Assembly: GCF_023055435.1 (NCBI RefSeq)
Contig: NW_025964235.1
Coordinates: 1,922,001-1,986,000 of the forward strand
DNA: 64,000 nucleotides
Direction of reading: 5' to 3'
Origin: Haliotis rufescens
Taxonomy: Eukaryota
Below, piece after piece: positions 50,307-64,000 of the stretch. The notes under the pieces were generated by a model, which worked only from the letters and a program-made list of their open reading frames with translations, was not told the origin of the DNA and searched no databases. Made by a program: the position numbers and the translations under genes. Positions within the stretch are counted from its first letter, which is position 1; each line of letters begins with the position of its first letter.

Positions 50307-52321
50307 CACTACTGAAGAGTACGGTATAATAGTTGCCAGCAGTCTGTACTCTCTCTGTTCTAATGTTTTGATAATAAAGCCAAATGTTCCAGATATTATC
50401 CTCACAAGTGTTTTGTCATTTTCGGATAAATCTTTCTCTCTTCCAATGAAAACGAGCAAAATTAAAATGATATCCTGTGCGACAACGGGGAGTTGGCGAT
50501 AATTTATAGCCAGTAGCAATACAGTCTAAATAGTTTTGGTAAATAATTTGTTTACGAAATGTTGTGTCACATGATATGCAAATTAGGTGTAATGCCACGT
50601 CACCACTGCGCCGGAAATTAGCTTTTTGTCCGTCATCCTTTTGCCGGATCATGGTTTGTCAGATTACAACAATGGGTACCGTTTTTCAGATGGAAATCGC
50701 GCGGGTGTTAAAAATATTGAACTTCGTGGACATATCGTGCTTGGTTACCACATGTGACAAAGATTTCTCATGTATATATTCTGGCATTAAACAACGTGTC
50801 CGTGCCAATAACTCAAGGTGACAAATGCCGACTGACATGACTAACATCCCACGAACGTCTTTCGCATGCTCAAATTATTCCGTACCGTATCGCCACATAA
50901 TAAAGTAGCGGAAGGGAACATTGAGGTGAGTATCGCCATCACACACACATATATATGCTTTCACCAGTTCACAATTAAAATCGCTAATAAAATACCACAT
51001 GTTCCCCCAATTTCCAACATATTTCTCCTGCTTTCAATCTTTCTGAAAATGTATTTTCTTGGGGAATGTAATTTTCGATTCAATTGTGTGGCGGCAGATT
51101 TATATATAATAAAATCCCACATACATGTTTGTCAGGCGATATCCACGGAAACCAACCGCGTTATCTTGTTTTAATATATTGAAATTTGCTGTCTCAATTC
51201 CAACACATTTCTCCTTTTTTTTCGCCACTGCGTTACAGTGTTCCGTAAGCATTTGCGATTCTCATGTTATCAAAATTGTCATACATAATTCATGGATTCA
51301 AGAAAATGCCATAATTCCCTGTATAAACAACTAAAAATTCTCGTGCAAAATTCGTGGGTTCGAGGAAATGCTGGCTTTGATTTTTTAATGAGGTGCCATA
51401 AATCACTGTATAAACAACTTGGTGACACTGACAAGTTTATTACATAAACAGAACACCTGCCCGACATTCTCATTACATAACATTTCCTGTGTGTTACAGC
51501 AAAGATCACGATTGTATTTGTAGGAATTACCATAATTAATTCACATGGTGTAACTTGCGTTGACAATACGATGAGACCTGACATTAGGCACATGTAGTCA
51601 GCTGATCCGGTCGAAGAACTCTCAAGTGGTCTGCACCTCCCGTAAAGGAGCTCTCAAAATGTGACGAAAAGTCTTTTCTTGGATACCTAAGACAGTCAAA
51701 GCTCTTGAGAATTTCCTTATTCTCTCTCCAATGTCTTTTTGGTTGAAGGCAACATTGTATTACGCTTAATAATGACGATGTACTTATAGGTGTATATTTT
51801 ATTGGTGCTTCTTCTTCTTGGCAGCTGATGGTAAATAAGCCGCACTCGGCTATCTCCCTTGAACGCACCCGAACGGCTTGCCCACCAATTCCAACACATT
51901 TCTCCTGCTTTTGATATTTTTTCGCCACCGCGTTATGCATGGAAGTTGGGGAAAAACATCGCGTTACGGTGCGTTATAGTATTCCTTGTGCATTTGTGAT
52001 TCTAATGATATAAGTTTTATTACAAAATTCATCACATGAAGTTTGCAGTTGCCAATTGAAATTACCCTACTGTTTTGCATCATTTTTTTTAACATTTTCC
52101 CTTTCTAAGTCAAGATTACTGTTAATTTTTTTTTCAAAAGTACACTAATACAAACATTATGAATGTATGTTACTATTTGTGTCTTTCTTCACGCAAATTA
52201 ATACTCTTTTGATACGAAAAAGGGGGAAAAAATGTAAAAACAGGCCAAACTGAATTTCTACACTGAGTTATGGGAATTGAATTGCCGCGCGGGGAAGAGG
52301 CCACCCTAACTGTATACCTAC

Positions 52322-52432
52322 CCTCTATGTTCCAATGTCTTGATATTGAAGCCAAGTGTTGGAGATATTGTGTCAATGTCTTCACCGTTGAATTTCTTCA
52401 AGATGGTTGTCTTCCCAGCATTGTCCAAACCT
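52322..52432 (-). CDS. ARL2: ARL2 exon 2
   Basis: [37 protein letters not shown] (P-loop, switch I). Confidence 0.97.
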
Positions 52433-53150
52433 CTGACAACCGTCAAGGTATTTTGACATAATTTCAACAATTGTACATGGCTGAACGGCCAGAGAACCTC
52501 CTCAATTAATACACTGCTTGCTCATGTTTGTTGTTTAATGCCGCACTCAGCAATCTGTAAATAATCAAGTCTGGACAAGACAATCCAATGATTGACATCA
52601 TGAGCATCAATCCACGCAATTGGGATGCAATGACATGCATCAACCAAGTCAGCAAGCCTGACCTCCCGATCCTGTTAGTCGCCTCTTACGACAGGCATAG
52701 TCACCATTCATCATATTCATGGCAAGCACCTATTCTACCCCGGATCTTCACGGGTCAGCTTGTTCATAGCTGTATTTCCAAAAGTCAGTCTTTTGTTAAG
52801 GTTTCATTTTACTTTAAATACAAATCATTAAAAATACTATTTATGTGACCATGAGAGGTTTGCCATGCTGGTGAAACCCAAGATCATGTGTATGGTGACT
52901 GACCAGGATGTCGTAACTAGCGACGAAGAGTTTAAGATAAAGCACCGGATCCTTGCAAGGTAAAGGGGTGTAACTCTGAACAGTGTCTCTTGTTCAATTG
53001 TTCAACCAAACCACTTTTGGAATATTGCAATAACAAGAAGGTTCAAAAGACGTGTGACAACGAACAAGATTTATAGGCCTAAACAGTTACCGAGCTAGGC
53101 CATAGTCAGGGGGTGCTATAGATCTACTGGATCATTGTCAAAAAGGATAC
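52433..53150 (-). other. ARL2: U12-type (minor spliceosome) GT-AG intron, ARL2 intron 1
   Basis: 5' site GTATCCTTT; branch site TACCTTGAC with branch A at 52443, 11 nt from the intron end; no polypyrimidine tract. Confidence 0.92.
52524..52757 (-). mobile_element. SINE-like repeat (family C) in ARL2 intron 1
   Basis: Reverse-complement homology to 33789-34061. Confidence 0.85.
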
Positions 53151-53215
53151 AGCATAAGCAGACGAACTTCTTTTTCTTTCTGCTTCATTTTCTTCAGAAT
53201 TGTCAATAGCCCCAT
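53151..53215 (-). CDS. ARL2: ARL2 exon 1 (coding part)
   Basis: MGLLTILKKMKQKEKEVRLLML; five exons of 65+111+163+81+135 nt = 555 nt = 184 aa + stop. Confidence 0.97.
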
Positions 53216-54235
53216 CGTTAATTTGAAGTAATAATCCAATAAATAACACCTAGATTTCAGTCATTCTTCGTGAATCATAGCTATTTTGAAAGGGAACTCT
53301 CTCGACTTGGAGGAGTGAACATAATGGGTGTATACAAATAATACATATACGGAACACGGAATGACATTTATTTAAGATTAGCATTGTCTTTCGTTGACAT
53401 TTCAAACTATCAAAAAGTAACGCCATTTTGTTTTTAATCTCTCTATATAATTGCGTTTGATGACTTTGAGCGTTATTTCAATTCCCGACTGGAGTTTAAG
53501 TTTTGTAATGGTCCATTTCCTGTTTGGGTTGTACTTCCGGCGTAACCTAACGAAAATGGGTCGAGTCAGTATACGTCCCTTTCCCAGACCAGGCCACAGC
53601 GCTACGTTTATCGAGTGGTATACATCTTGCAAGGGACGCGACTCTTCCCATTAATTACTTGCGCTCAGTGCTACTGTCATGGCGGATCTGTTTACGCATT
53701 TGTTTACTGTCGAAGGTCGGCTTGTTGTTATATTAACGTACAGATCGCTAACTATAACTGCCAGGAAGTCTCTTAGGTGGGTTATGGTCGGTTTTATTGT
53801 GGTTGTGTCAACAGTGCGAATGCTAAATTTGTTTGCCACCAAGTATGATTAAAATCGATATGGCTCAAGACATATCTTTTAGTATCTTATGTTATCCACG
53901 CGTGCCTCTTAGATCCTTTGGGTTAGTTGTGTCAGATTTGTTTGTTTGTTGTTGTTTAACGAAGCACTCACCAATATTTCAACTCAACTAAATGACGGCG
54001 GTCTGTAAATAATCGAGTTTGCTCATGTATTGTCATTTTAGCCATTAATAATAAGCGGCACTGCTTTTCAACCAAACCTTGTGAAATCATTTTATACCAC
54101 CCGTTATTATTTTTTGTGTATCATGCACAATGTTAGACAAAAGGATGTGTTGAAAGTCTCTATGTTCTAACACTCATATGTTGAGTTTGTGTTCTGTTTC
54201 CAAAATAGAAAACACTACCATTTAACACTGCAAAT

Positions 54236-54646
54236 TAGGGCTGGGACGGGTGACTCGGGTACTCGAGTCTTGTGGGCCCTGAATAGGACCCGGGTACCCA
54301 CAGGACTACCCAGACCCGTGGTTAGTCACGTTATATTTTGTTTAAAGACAAAAACATACTATAGCTCAATGGTTACACTACAAGTCGCTAATGTTAAGAT
54401 TATTTTCTGACGATGCACTCATTCCTTTTGACTTGTAAATGTTTGAGTAAAAATAAAGCTTCAGTCAACTTCAGTGTATGCATGATCTGATTGTTTGATA
54501 CATGTATCTGAATAGCTTTAGCCAGGGCTGCGGTAAAACAATTACCAATCTGACATTTTGTTCCCTACTCTTGAGACTTACAGTGGGTACCCGGGTAATA
54601 GGGGATCGGGTAACCGGGTAGTAAATTTGAACTCGTCCCAGCCCTA
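54236..54646. mobile_element. Non-autonomous hAT element
   Basis: TIRs TAGGGCTGGGACG / CGTCCCAGCCCTA; 8-bp TSD CTGCAAAT/CTGTAAAT; subterminal CGGGTA repeats. Confidence 0.85.
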
Positions 54647-55832
54647 CTGTAAATATATCACAAAATAAATGCTTCAATAACTGCAAACTGTGAAAAGTTT
54701 TATTGTGGTATGGTACTTAGTTTTAAGTCTTAATTTCATTCCATCTGTGCTTTAAACTTAAATTTACAAATAAAGCGTGTGTGACAGTGTTAATGCACTT
54801 TTACACTTCCCAATACAAGGAATAAAATCTGGTATTCAAGTTTCAGTGAATGTTACTTTTGTTAGAAATACAGTCAAAATCAATTGGGTTTCTGTCACTT
54901 GCAGAACTACAACAATGGATCATCTCAAGCATGACAAGTACATCCTTAATATCAGAACTCAGCTATTTATCATATCTAGCTTGTGACAATTTTAACATGA
55001 TATTCTCGTTTCACATTTGTCAACTGAATAATGTGTTATAGTTCACAAGAAAATTAAGTTAGCCAGTCAGGCAACCTTAATGTTATTTCCATGAGCCCTG
55101 CTTGAAATTAATGGTTTCTTAACCATAAAAGGTCGGGGATTTAATCTTTCCGAGGACATTTTCTAGTGTGACTTATAACTTGAAAACTACAGCATAGATT
55201 CTTCTCAAACTTTGTGTATTAATAGGACAGGTGCTGTGTGAGGTTTGATTTCAATTTTTGGATTTTCTGAAAAAATACAGCTGTTTTTCATTGGGTTACT
55301 TATATTTTTTCTACTTAAACATTTTAAGCACTGCATGCATTCTTTTGAAATTTAGGGAACAGTTTCCATACTAAAATAGAGGAGGTGCAGTGCACAGTTT
55401 GATAAGTGGAATTTCTCAGAAAATATACCCGTATCTTGTTTCATGTTTTCAACTTAGAAATATTTTTATACCCCTGACCTAAAAGCTTCAAAAGGGCAGC
55501 GCATCATATTTAGGACATAAACATACTGTGTTTTCAATGTAGAGCTAGGTTACCTGTAGATTTAACCATGCTAAATTGAATTTGGAACCAAAAGCGCAGC
55601 ATGAGGTTTCAAATATTAAATCTCCATTCTACCACGACTAAATAAAATGCCAACTCTTTTGTAATACAAAAATATATTGAGTGAAGTGGCATGGGTTGAG
55701 TCCAGTATTTTGAGTGGGTTGTTGATCTGAATTTACGGAATCCCTGACAACAGCCTGTAAACACAATATGGTGCTCTATATGTCCAGCAGTTCCTTTACA
55801 CTGTAATACTTCACACAAACTTATCATACCTT

Positions 55833-58800
55833 ATCATATTGCTTGTCTATTGAATGTAGGAAGTAATCGTCGCTACCTCCACAACTGTTGTAATATATTT
55901 ATTATTTTTACTATGTATGACTCCTACTGGTCACTCTACACATTAATATATCAAAGAAACATCCCTGTGTGTTTTCCAATATCAATTAAACAGGAGACGA
56001 ACACTGGTCGCGGAAAGGGACAACTACAGACTTTTCATATTGCTTGTATGTAGCACGTGGGTAAAAAATCGTCGCTACCTCCACAACTGTTGTAATATAT
56101 TTATTAATTTTACTATGTATGACTCCTACTGGTCACTCTACACATTAATATGTCAAAGAAACATCCCTGTGTGTTTTCCAATATCAATTAAACCGGAGAC
56201 GAACACTGGTCGCGGAAATGGACAACTACAGACTTTTCATATTGCTTGTATGTAGCGCGTGGGTAAAAAATCGTCGCTACCTCCACAACTGTTGAAATAT
56301 AATGATTATTTTTACTATTTATGACTCCTACTGGTCAGTATACACATTATTATAAAAAAGAACCATCGCTGTGTGTTTTCCAATATCAATTAAACAGGAG
56401 ACGAACACTGGTCGCGGAAAGGGACAACTACAGACTTTTCATATTGATTGGATATGGCGCGTGGGTAAATAGTGGTCACTACGTCCACAGCTGTTGTAAT
56501 ATATTTATTATTTTTACTATGTATGACTCCTACTGGACCGTCTACACATTATTATGTAAAAGAAACATCCCTGTGTGTTTTCCAATATCAATTAAACGGG
56601 AGACGAACATTGGTCGCGGAAAGGGACAACTGCAGACTTTTCACATTGCTTGTCTATTCAGTGTAGGAAATAATCGTCGCTACCTCCACAACTGTTGTAA
56701 TATTTTTATTATTTTTACTATGTATGACTCCTACTGGACCGTCTACACATTATTATGTAAAAGAAACATCCCTGTGTGTTTTCCAATATCAATTAAACAG
56801 GAGACGAACACTGGTCGCGGAAAGGGACAACTACAGACTTTTCACATTGCTTGTCTATTCAGTGTAGGAAGTAATCGTCACTACCTCCAGAACTGTTGTA
56901 ATATATTTATTATTTTTACTATGTATGACTCCTACTGGACCGTCTACACATTATTGTACAAACGAAACATCCCTGTGTGTTTTCCAATATCAATTAAACA
57001 GGAGACGAACACTGGTCGCGGAAAGGGACAACTACAGACTTTTCACATTGCTTGTCTTTTCAGTGTAGGAAATAATCGTCGCTACCTCCAGAACTGTTGT
57101 AATATTTTTATTATTTTTACTATGTATGACTCCTACTGGACCGTCTACACATTATTATGTAAAAGAAACATCCCTGTGTGTTTTCCAATATCAATTAAAC
57201 AGGAGACGAACACTGGTCGCGGAAAGGGACAACTACAGACTTTTCACATTGCTTGTCTATTCAGTGTAGGAAGTAATCGTCACTACCTCCAGAACTGTTG
57301 TAATATATTTATTATTTTTACTATGTATGACTCCTACTGGTCACTCTACACATTATTATATCAAAGAAACATCCCTGTGTGTTTTCCAATATCAATTAAA
57401 CGGGAGACGAACACTGGTCGCGGAAAGGGACAACTACAGACTTTTCATATTGCTTGCTTATAGCATGTGGGTAAATAGTGGTCACTACCTCCACAACTGT
57501 TGAAACATAATGATATGACTCCTACTGGACCGTCTACACATTATTATATAAAAGAAAGATCGCTGTGTGTTTTCCAATATCAATTAAACAGGAGACGAAC
57601 ACTGGTCGCGGAAAGGGACAACTACAGACTTTTCATATTGATTGGATATGGCGCGTGGGTAAATAGTGGTCACTACGTCCACAGCTGTTGTAATATATTT
57701 ATTATTTTTACTATGTATGACTCCTACTGGACCGTCTTCACATTATTATGTAAAAGAAACATCCCTGTGTGTTTTCCAATATCAATTAAACAGGAGACGA
57801 ACACTGGTCGCGGAAAGGGATAACTACAGACTTTTCATATTGATTGTCTGTTGAGTGTAGGAAGTAATCGTCGCTACCTCCAGAACTGTTGTAATATATT
57901 TATTATTTTTACTATGTATGACTCCTACTGGTCACTCTACACATTATTATATCAAAGAAACATCCATGTGTGTTTTCCAATATCAATTAAACGGGAGACG
58001 AACAGTGGTCGCGGAAAGGGACAACTACAGACTTTTCATATTGCTTGCTTATAGCATGTGGGTAAATAGTGGTCACTACCTCTACAACTGTTGAAACATA
58101 ATGATATGACTCCTACTGGTCACTCTACACATTATTATACAAAAGAAAGATCCCTGTGTGTTTTCCAATATCAATTAAACAGGAGACGAACACTGGTCGC
58201 GGAAAGGGACAACTACAGACTTTTCATATTGATTGGATATGGCGCGTGGGTAAATAGTGGTCACTACGTCCACAGCTGTTGTAATATATTTATTATTTTT
58301 ACTATGTATGACTCCTACTGGACCGTCTACACATTATTGTACAAACGAAACATCCCTGTGTGTTTTCCAATATCAATTAAACAGGAGACGAACACTGGTC
58401 GCGGAAAGGGACAACTACAGACTTTTCACATTGCTTGTCTTTTCAGTGTAGGAAATAATCGTCGCTACCTCCACAACTGTTGTAATATTTTTATTATTTT
58501 TACTATGTATGACTCCTACTGGACCGTCTACACATTATTATGTAAAAGAAACATCCCTGTGTGTTTTCCAATATCAATTAAACAGGAGACGAACACTGGT
58601 CGCGGAAAGGGACAACTACAGACTTTTCACATTGCTTGTCTATTCAGTGTAGGAAGTAATCGTCGCTACCTCCAGAACTGTTGTAATATATTTATTATTT
58701 TTACTATGTATGACTCCTACTGGTCACTCTACACATTATTATATCAAAGAAACATCCCTGTGTGTTTTCCAATATCAATTAAACGGGAGACGAACACTGG

Positions 58801-61800
58801 TCGCGGAAAGGGACAACTACAGACTTTTCATATTGCTTGCTTATAGCATGTGGGTAAATAGTGGTCACTACCTCCACAACTGTTGAAACATAATGATATG
58901 ACTCCTACTGGACCGTCTACACATTATTATATAAAAGAAAGATCGCTGTGTGTTTTCCAATATCAATTAAACAGGAGACGAACACTGGTCGCGGAAAGGG
59001 ACAACTACAGACTTTTCATATTGATTGGATATGGCGCGTGGGTAAATAGTGGTCACTACGTCCACAGCTGTTGTAATATATTTATTATTTTTACTATGTA
59101 TGACTCTTACTGGACCGTCTACACATTATTATGTAAAAGAAACATCCCTGTGTGTTTTCCAATATCAATTAAACAGGAGACGAACACTGGTCGCGGAAAG
59201 GGATAACTACAGACTTTTCATATTGATTGTCTGTTGAGTGTAGGAAGTAATCGTCGCTACCTCCAGAACTGTTGTAATATATTTATTATTTTTACTATGT
59301 ATGACTCCTACTGGTCACTCTACACATTATTATATCAAAGAAACATCGCTGTGTGTTTTCCAATATCAATTAAACAGGAGACGAACACTGGTCACGGAAA
59401 GGGACAACTACAGACTTTTCATATTGATTGTATGTAGCGCGTGGGTAAAAAATCGTCGCTACCTCCACAACTGTTGTAATATATTTATTAATTTTACTAT
59501 GTATGACTCCTACTGGTCACTCTACACATTATTATATCAAAGAAACATCCCTGTGTGTTTTCCAATATCAATTAAACAGGAGACGAACACTGGTCGCGGA
59601 AAGGGACAACTACAGACTTTTCATATTGCTTGTATGTAGCGCGTGGGTAAAAAATCGTCACTACCTCCACAACTGTTGTAATATATTTATTAATTTTACT
59701 ATGTATGACTCCTACTGGTCACTCTACACATTATTAGATCAAAGAAACATCCCTGCGTGTTTCCAATATCAATTAAACCGGAGACGAACACTGGTCGCGG
59801 AAAGGGACAACTACAGACTTTTCATATTGCTTGTATGTAGCGCGTGGGTAAAAAATCGTCGCTACCTCCACAACTGTTGAAATATAATGATTATTTTTAC
59901 TATTTATGACTCCTACTGGTCAGTATACACATTATTATATAAAAGAACCATCGCTGTGTGTTTTCCAATATCAATTAAACAGGAGACGAACACTGGTCGC
60001 GGAAAGGGACAACTACAGACTTTTCATATTGATTGGATATGGCGCGTGGGTAAATAGTGGTCACTACGTCCACAACTGTTGTAATATATATATGTGTTAT
60101 TTTTACTACGCATGACCCCTACTGGCCACTCTACCCATTATTATATAACAAAAACATCCCTGTGTGTTTTCCAATATCAATTAAACAGGAAACGAACAAT
60201 GGTCGAGGAAAGGGACAACTACAGACTTTTCATATTGCTTGCTTATAGCGTGTGGGTAAATAGTGGTCACTACGTCCACAACTGTTGAAACATAATGATA
60301 TGACTCCTACTGGACCGTCTACACATTATTATATAAAAGAACCATCGCTGTGTGTTTTCCAATATCAATTAAACAGGAGACGAACACTGGTCGCGGAAAG
60401 GGACAACTACAGACTTTTCATATTGATTGGATATGGCGCGTGGGTAAATAGTGGTCACTACGTCCACAGCTGTTGTAATATATTTATTATTTTTACTATG
60501 TATGACTCCTACTGGACCGTCTACACATTATTATATAAAAGAAACATCCCTGTGTGTTTTCCAATATCAATTAAACAGGAGACGAACATTGGTCGCGGAA
60601 AGGGACAACTGCAGACTTTTCACAATGCTTGTCTATTCAGTGTAGGAAATAATCGTCGCTACCTCCACAACTGTTGTAATATTTTTATTATTTTTACTAT
60701 GTATGACTCCTACTGGACCGTCTACACATTATTATGTAAAAGAAACATCCCTGTGTGTTTTCCAATATCAATTAAACGGGAGACGAACACTGGTCGCGGA
60801 AAGGGACAACTACAGACTTTTCATATTGCTTGCTTATAGCATGTGGGTAAATAGTGGTCACTACCTCTACAACTGTTGAAACATAACGATATGACTCCTA
60901 CTGGACCGTCTACACATTATTATATAAAAGAAAGATCCCTGTGTGTTTTCCAATATCAATTAAACAGGAGACGAACACTGGTCGCGGAAAGGGACAACTA
61001 CAGACTTTTCATATTGATTGGATATGGCGCGTGGGTAAATAGTGGTCACTACGTCCACAGCTGTTGTAATATATGTATTATTTTTACTATGTATGACTCC
61101 TACTGGACCGTCTACACATTATTATATAAAAGAAACATCCCTGTGTGTTTTCCAATATCAATTAAACAGGAGACGAACACTGGTCGCGGAAAGGGACAAC
61201 TGCAGACTTTTCACATTGCTTGTCTATTCAGTGTAGGAAATAATCGTCGCTACCTCCACAACTGTTGTAATATTTTTATTATTTTTACTATGTATGACTC
61301 CTACTGGACCGTCTACACATTATTATGTAAAAGAAACATCCCTGTGTGTTTTCCAATATCAATTAAACAGGAGACGAACACTGGTCGCGGAAAGGGACAA
61401 CTACATACTTTTCATATTGCTTGTCTATTGAGTGTAGGAAGTAATCGTCGCTACCTCCACAACTGTTGTAATATATTTATTAATTTTACTATGTATGACT
61501 CCTACTGGTCACTATACACATTATTATATCAAAGAAACATCCCTGTGTGTTTTCCAATATCAATTAAACAGGAGACGAACACTGGTCGCGGAAAGGGACA
61601 ACTACAGACTTTTCATATTGCTTGTATGTAGCGCGTGGGTAAAAAATCGTCGCTACCTCCACAACTGTTGTAATATATTTATTAATTTTACTATGTATGA
61701 CTCCTACTGGTCACTCTACACATTATTAGATCAAAGAAACATCCCTGTGTGTTTTCCAATATCAATTAAACCGGAGACGAACACTGGTCGCGGAAAGGGA

Positions 61801-64000
61801 CAACTACAGACTTTTCATATTGCTTGTATGTAGGGCGTGGGTAAAAAATCGTCGCTACCTCCACAACTGTTGAAATATAATGATTAGTTTTACTATTTAT
61901 GACTCCTACTGGTCAGTATACACATTATTATATAAAAGAACCATCCATGTGTGTTTTCACTTATCAATTAAACAGGAGACGAACACTGGTCGCGGAAAGG
62001 GACAACTACAGACTTTTCATATTGCTTGGATATGGCGCGTGGGTAAATAGTGGTCACTACGTCCACAGCTGTTGTAATATATTTATCATTTTTACTATGT
62101 ATGACTCCTACTGGACCGTCTACACATTATTATATAAAAGAAACATCCCTGTGTGTTTTCCAATATCAATTAAACAGGAGACGAACACTGGTCGCGGAAA
62201 GGGACAACTGCAGACTTTTCACATTGCTTGTCTATTCAGTGTAGGAAATAATCGTCACTACCTCCACAACTGTTGTAATATTTTTATTATTTTTACTATG
62301 TATGACTCCTACTGGACCGTCTACACATTATTATGTAAAAGAAACATCCCTGTGTGTTTTCCAATATCAATTAAACAGGAGACGAACACTGGTCGCGGAA
62401 AGGGACAACTACATACTTTTCACATTGCTTGTCTATTGAATGTAGGAAGTAATCGTCGCTACCTCCACAACTGTTGTAATATATTTATTATTTTTACTAT
62501 GTATGACTCCTACTGGTCACTCTACACATTAATATATCAAAGAAACATCCCTGTGTGTTTTCCAATATCAATTAAACAGGAGACGAACAGTGGTCGCGGA
62601 AAGGGACAACTACAGACTTTTCATATTGCTTGTATATAGCACGTGGGTAAAAAATCGTCGCTACCTCCACAACTGTTGTAATATATTTATTAATTTTACG
62701 ATGTATGACTCCTACTGGTCACTCTACACATTAATATATCAAAGAAACATCCCTGTGTGTTTTCCAATATCAATTAAACCGGAGACGAACACTGGTCGCG
62801 GAAATGGACAACTACAGACTTTTCATATTGATTGTATGTAGCACGTGGGTAAAAAATCGTCGCTACCTCCACAACTGTTGAAATATAATGATTATTTTTA
62901 CTATTTATGACTCCTACTGGTCAGTATACACATTATTATAAAAAAGAACCATCGCTGTGTGTTTTCCAATATCAATTAAACAGGAGACGAACACTGGTCG
63001 CGGAAAGGGACAACTACAGACTTTTCATATTGATTGGATATGGCGCGTGGGTAAATAGTGGTCACTACGTCCACAGCTGTTGTAATATATTTATTATTTT
63101 TACTATGTATGACTCCTACTGGACCGTCTACACATTATTATGTAAAAGAAACATCCCTGTGTGTTTTCCAATATCAATTAAACAGGAGACGAACACTGGT
63201 CGCGGAAAGGGACAACTACAGACTTTTCACATTGCTTGTCTATTGAGTGTAGGAAGTAATCGTCACTACCTCCACAACTGTTGTAATATATTTATTATTT
63301 TTACTATGTATGACTCCTACTGGTCACTCTACACATTATTATATCAAAGAAACATCCCTGTGTGTTTTCCAATATCAATTAAACGGGAGACGAACACTGG
63401 TCGCGGAAAGGGACAACTACAGACTTTTCATATTGCTTGCTTATAGCATGTGGGTAAATAGTGGTCACTACCTCTACAACTGTTGAAACATAATGATATG
63501 ACTCCTACTGGACCGTCTACACATTATTATATAAAAGAAAGATCCCTGTGTGTTTTCCAATATCAATTAAACCGGAGACGAACACTGGTCGCGGAAAGGG
63601 ACAACTACAGACTTTTCATATTGATTGGATATGGCGCGTGGGTAAAAAGTGGTCACTACGTCCACAGCTGTTGTAATATATTTATTATTTTTACTATGTA
63701 TGACTCCTACTGGACCGTCTACACATTATTATACAAACGAAACATCCCTGTGTGTTTTCCAATATCAATTAAACAGGAGACGAACACTGGTCGCGGAAAG
63801 GGACAACTACAGACTTTTCACACTGCTTATCTTTTCAGTGTAGGAAATAATCGTCGCTACCTCCACAACTGTTGTAATATTTTTATTATTTTTACTATGT
63901 ATGACTCCTACTGGACCGTCTACACATTATTATGTAAAAGAAACATCCCTGTGTGTTTTCCAATATCAATTAAACAGGAGACGAACACTGGTCGCGGAAA
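55833..64000. repeat. ~201-202-bp satellite array (~40 monomers), runs off window end
   Basis: Recurrent ATGACTCCTACTGG...TGTGTTTTCCAATATCAATTAAACAGGAGACGAACACTGGTCGCGGAAAGGGACAAC with ~202-bp period. Confidence 0.98.

Noticed and set aside
51005-52030. Three dispersed CAATTCCAACACATTTCTCCT-like copies
   Set aside because: Probably internal repeats of an old transposon, but no termini or coding evidence could be defined.
55833-64000. Many ORFs up to 380 aa and a CRISPR-like periodic appearance
   Set aside because: Whole monomers repeat with no unique spacers and no cas genes; ORFs are by-products of 201-bp monomers.

Overview
Eukaryotic (animal) genomic DNA, most likely a mollusc. The tRNA-derived SINE set and minisatellite-rich introns resemble abalone (Haliotis); this is an inference. 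Three protein-coding genes can be reconstructed: (1) a PAR-type bZIP factor with giant-like motifs (+, non-coding exon ~5087-5231, CDS 6791-7579); (2) an unrecognised 7-exon, 366-aa beta-propeller protein with FG-GAP-like motifs (+, 34728-41809); (3) ARL2 (-, 5 exons, 53215-44021, 184 aa), whose first intron has full U12 minor-spliceosome signals. Repeats include a deleted Maverick/Polinton (17349-22635; AGTAGT TIRs, decayed protein-primed PolB) in which a 24-bp minisatellite arose from the coding sequence, a Penelope-like fragment with inverted pseudo-LTRs, LINE and Tc1 fragments, MITEs, several SINE families, about ten minisatellites and a ~202-bp satellite (55.8 kb to the end). The non-coding DNA around the bZIP gene is unusually rich in perfect GGTCAnnnTGACC (4) and TGACGTCA (11) palindromes plus PAR/C-EBP sites. 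Most long ORFs in the ORF track are tandem-repeat artefacts. There are no CRISPR arrays or prokaryotic features.
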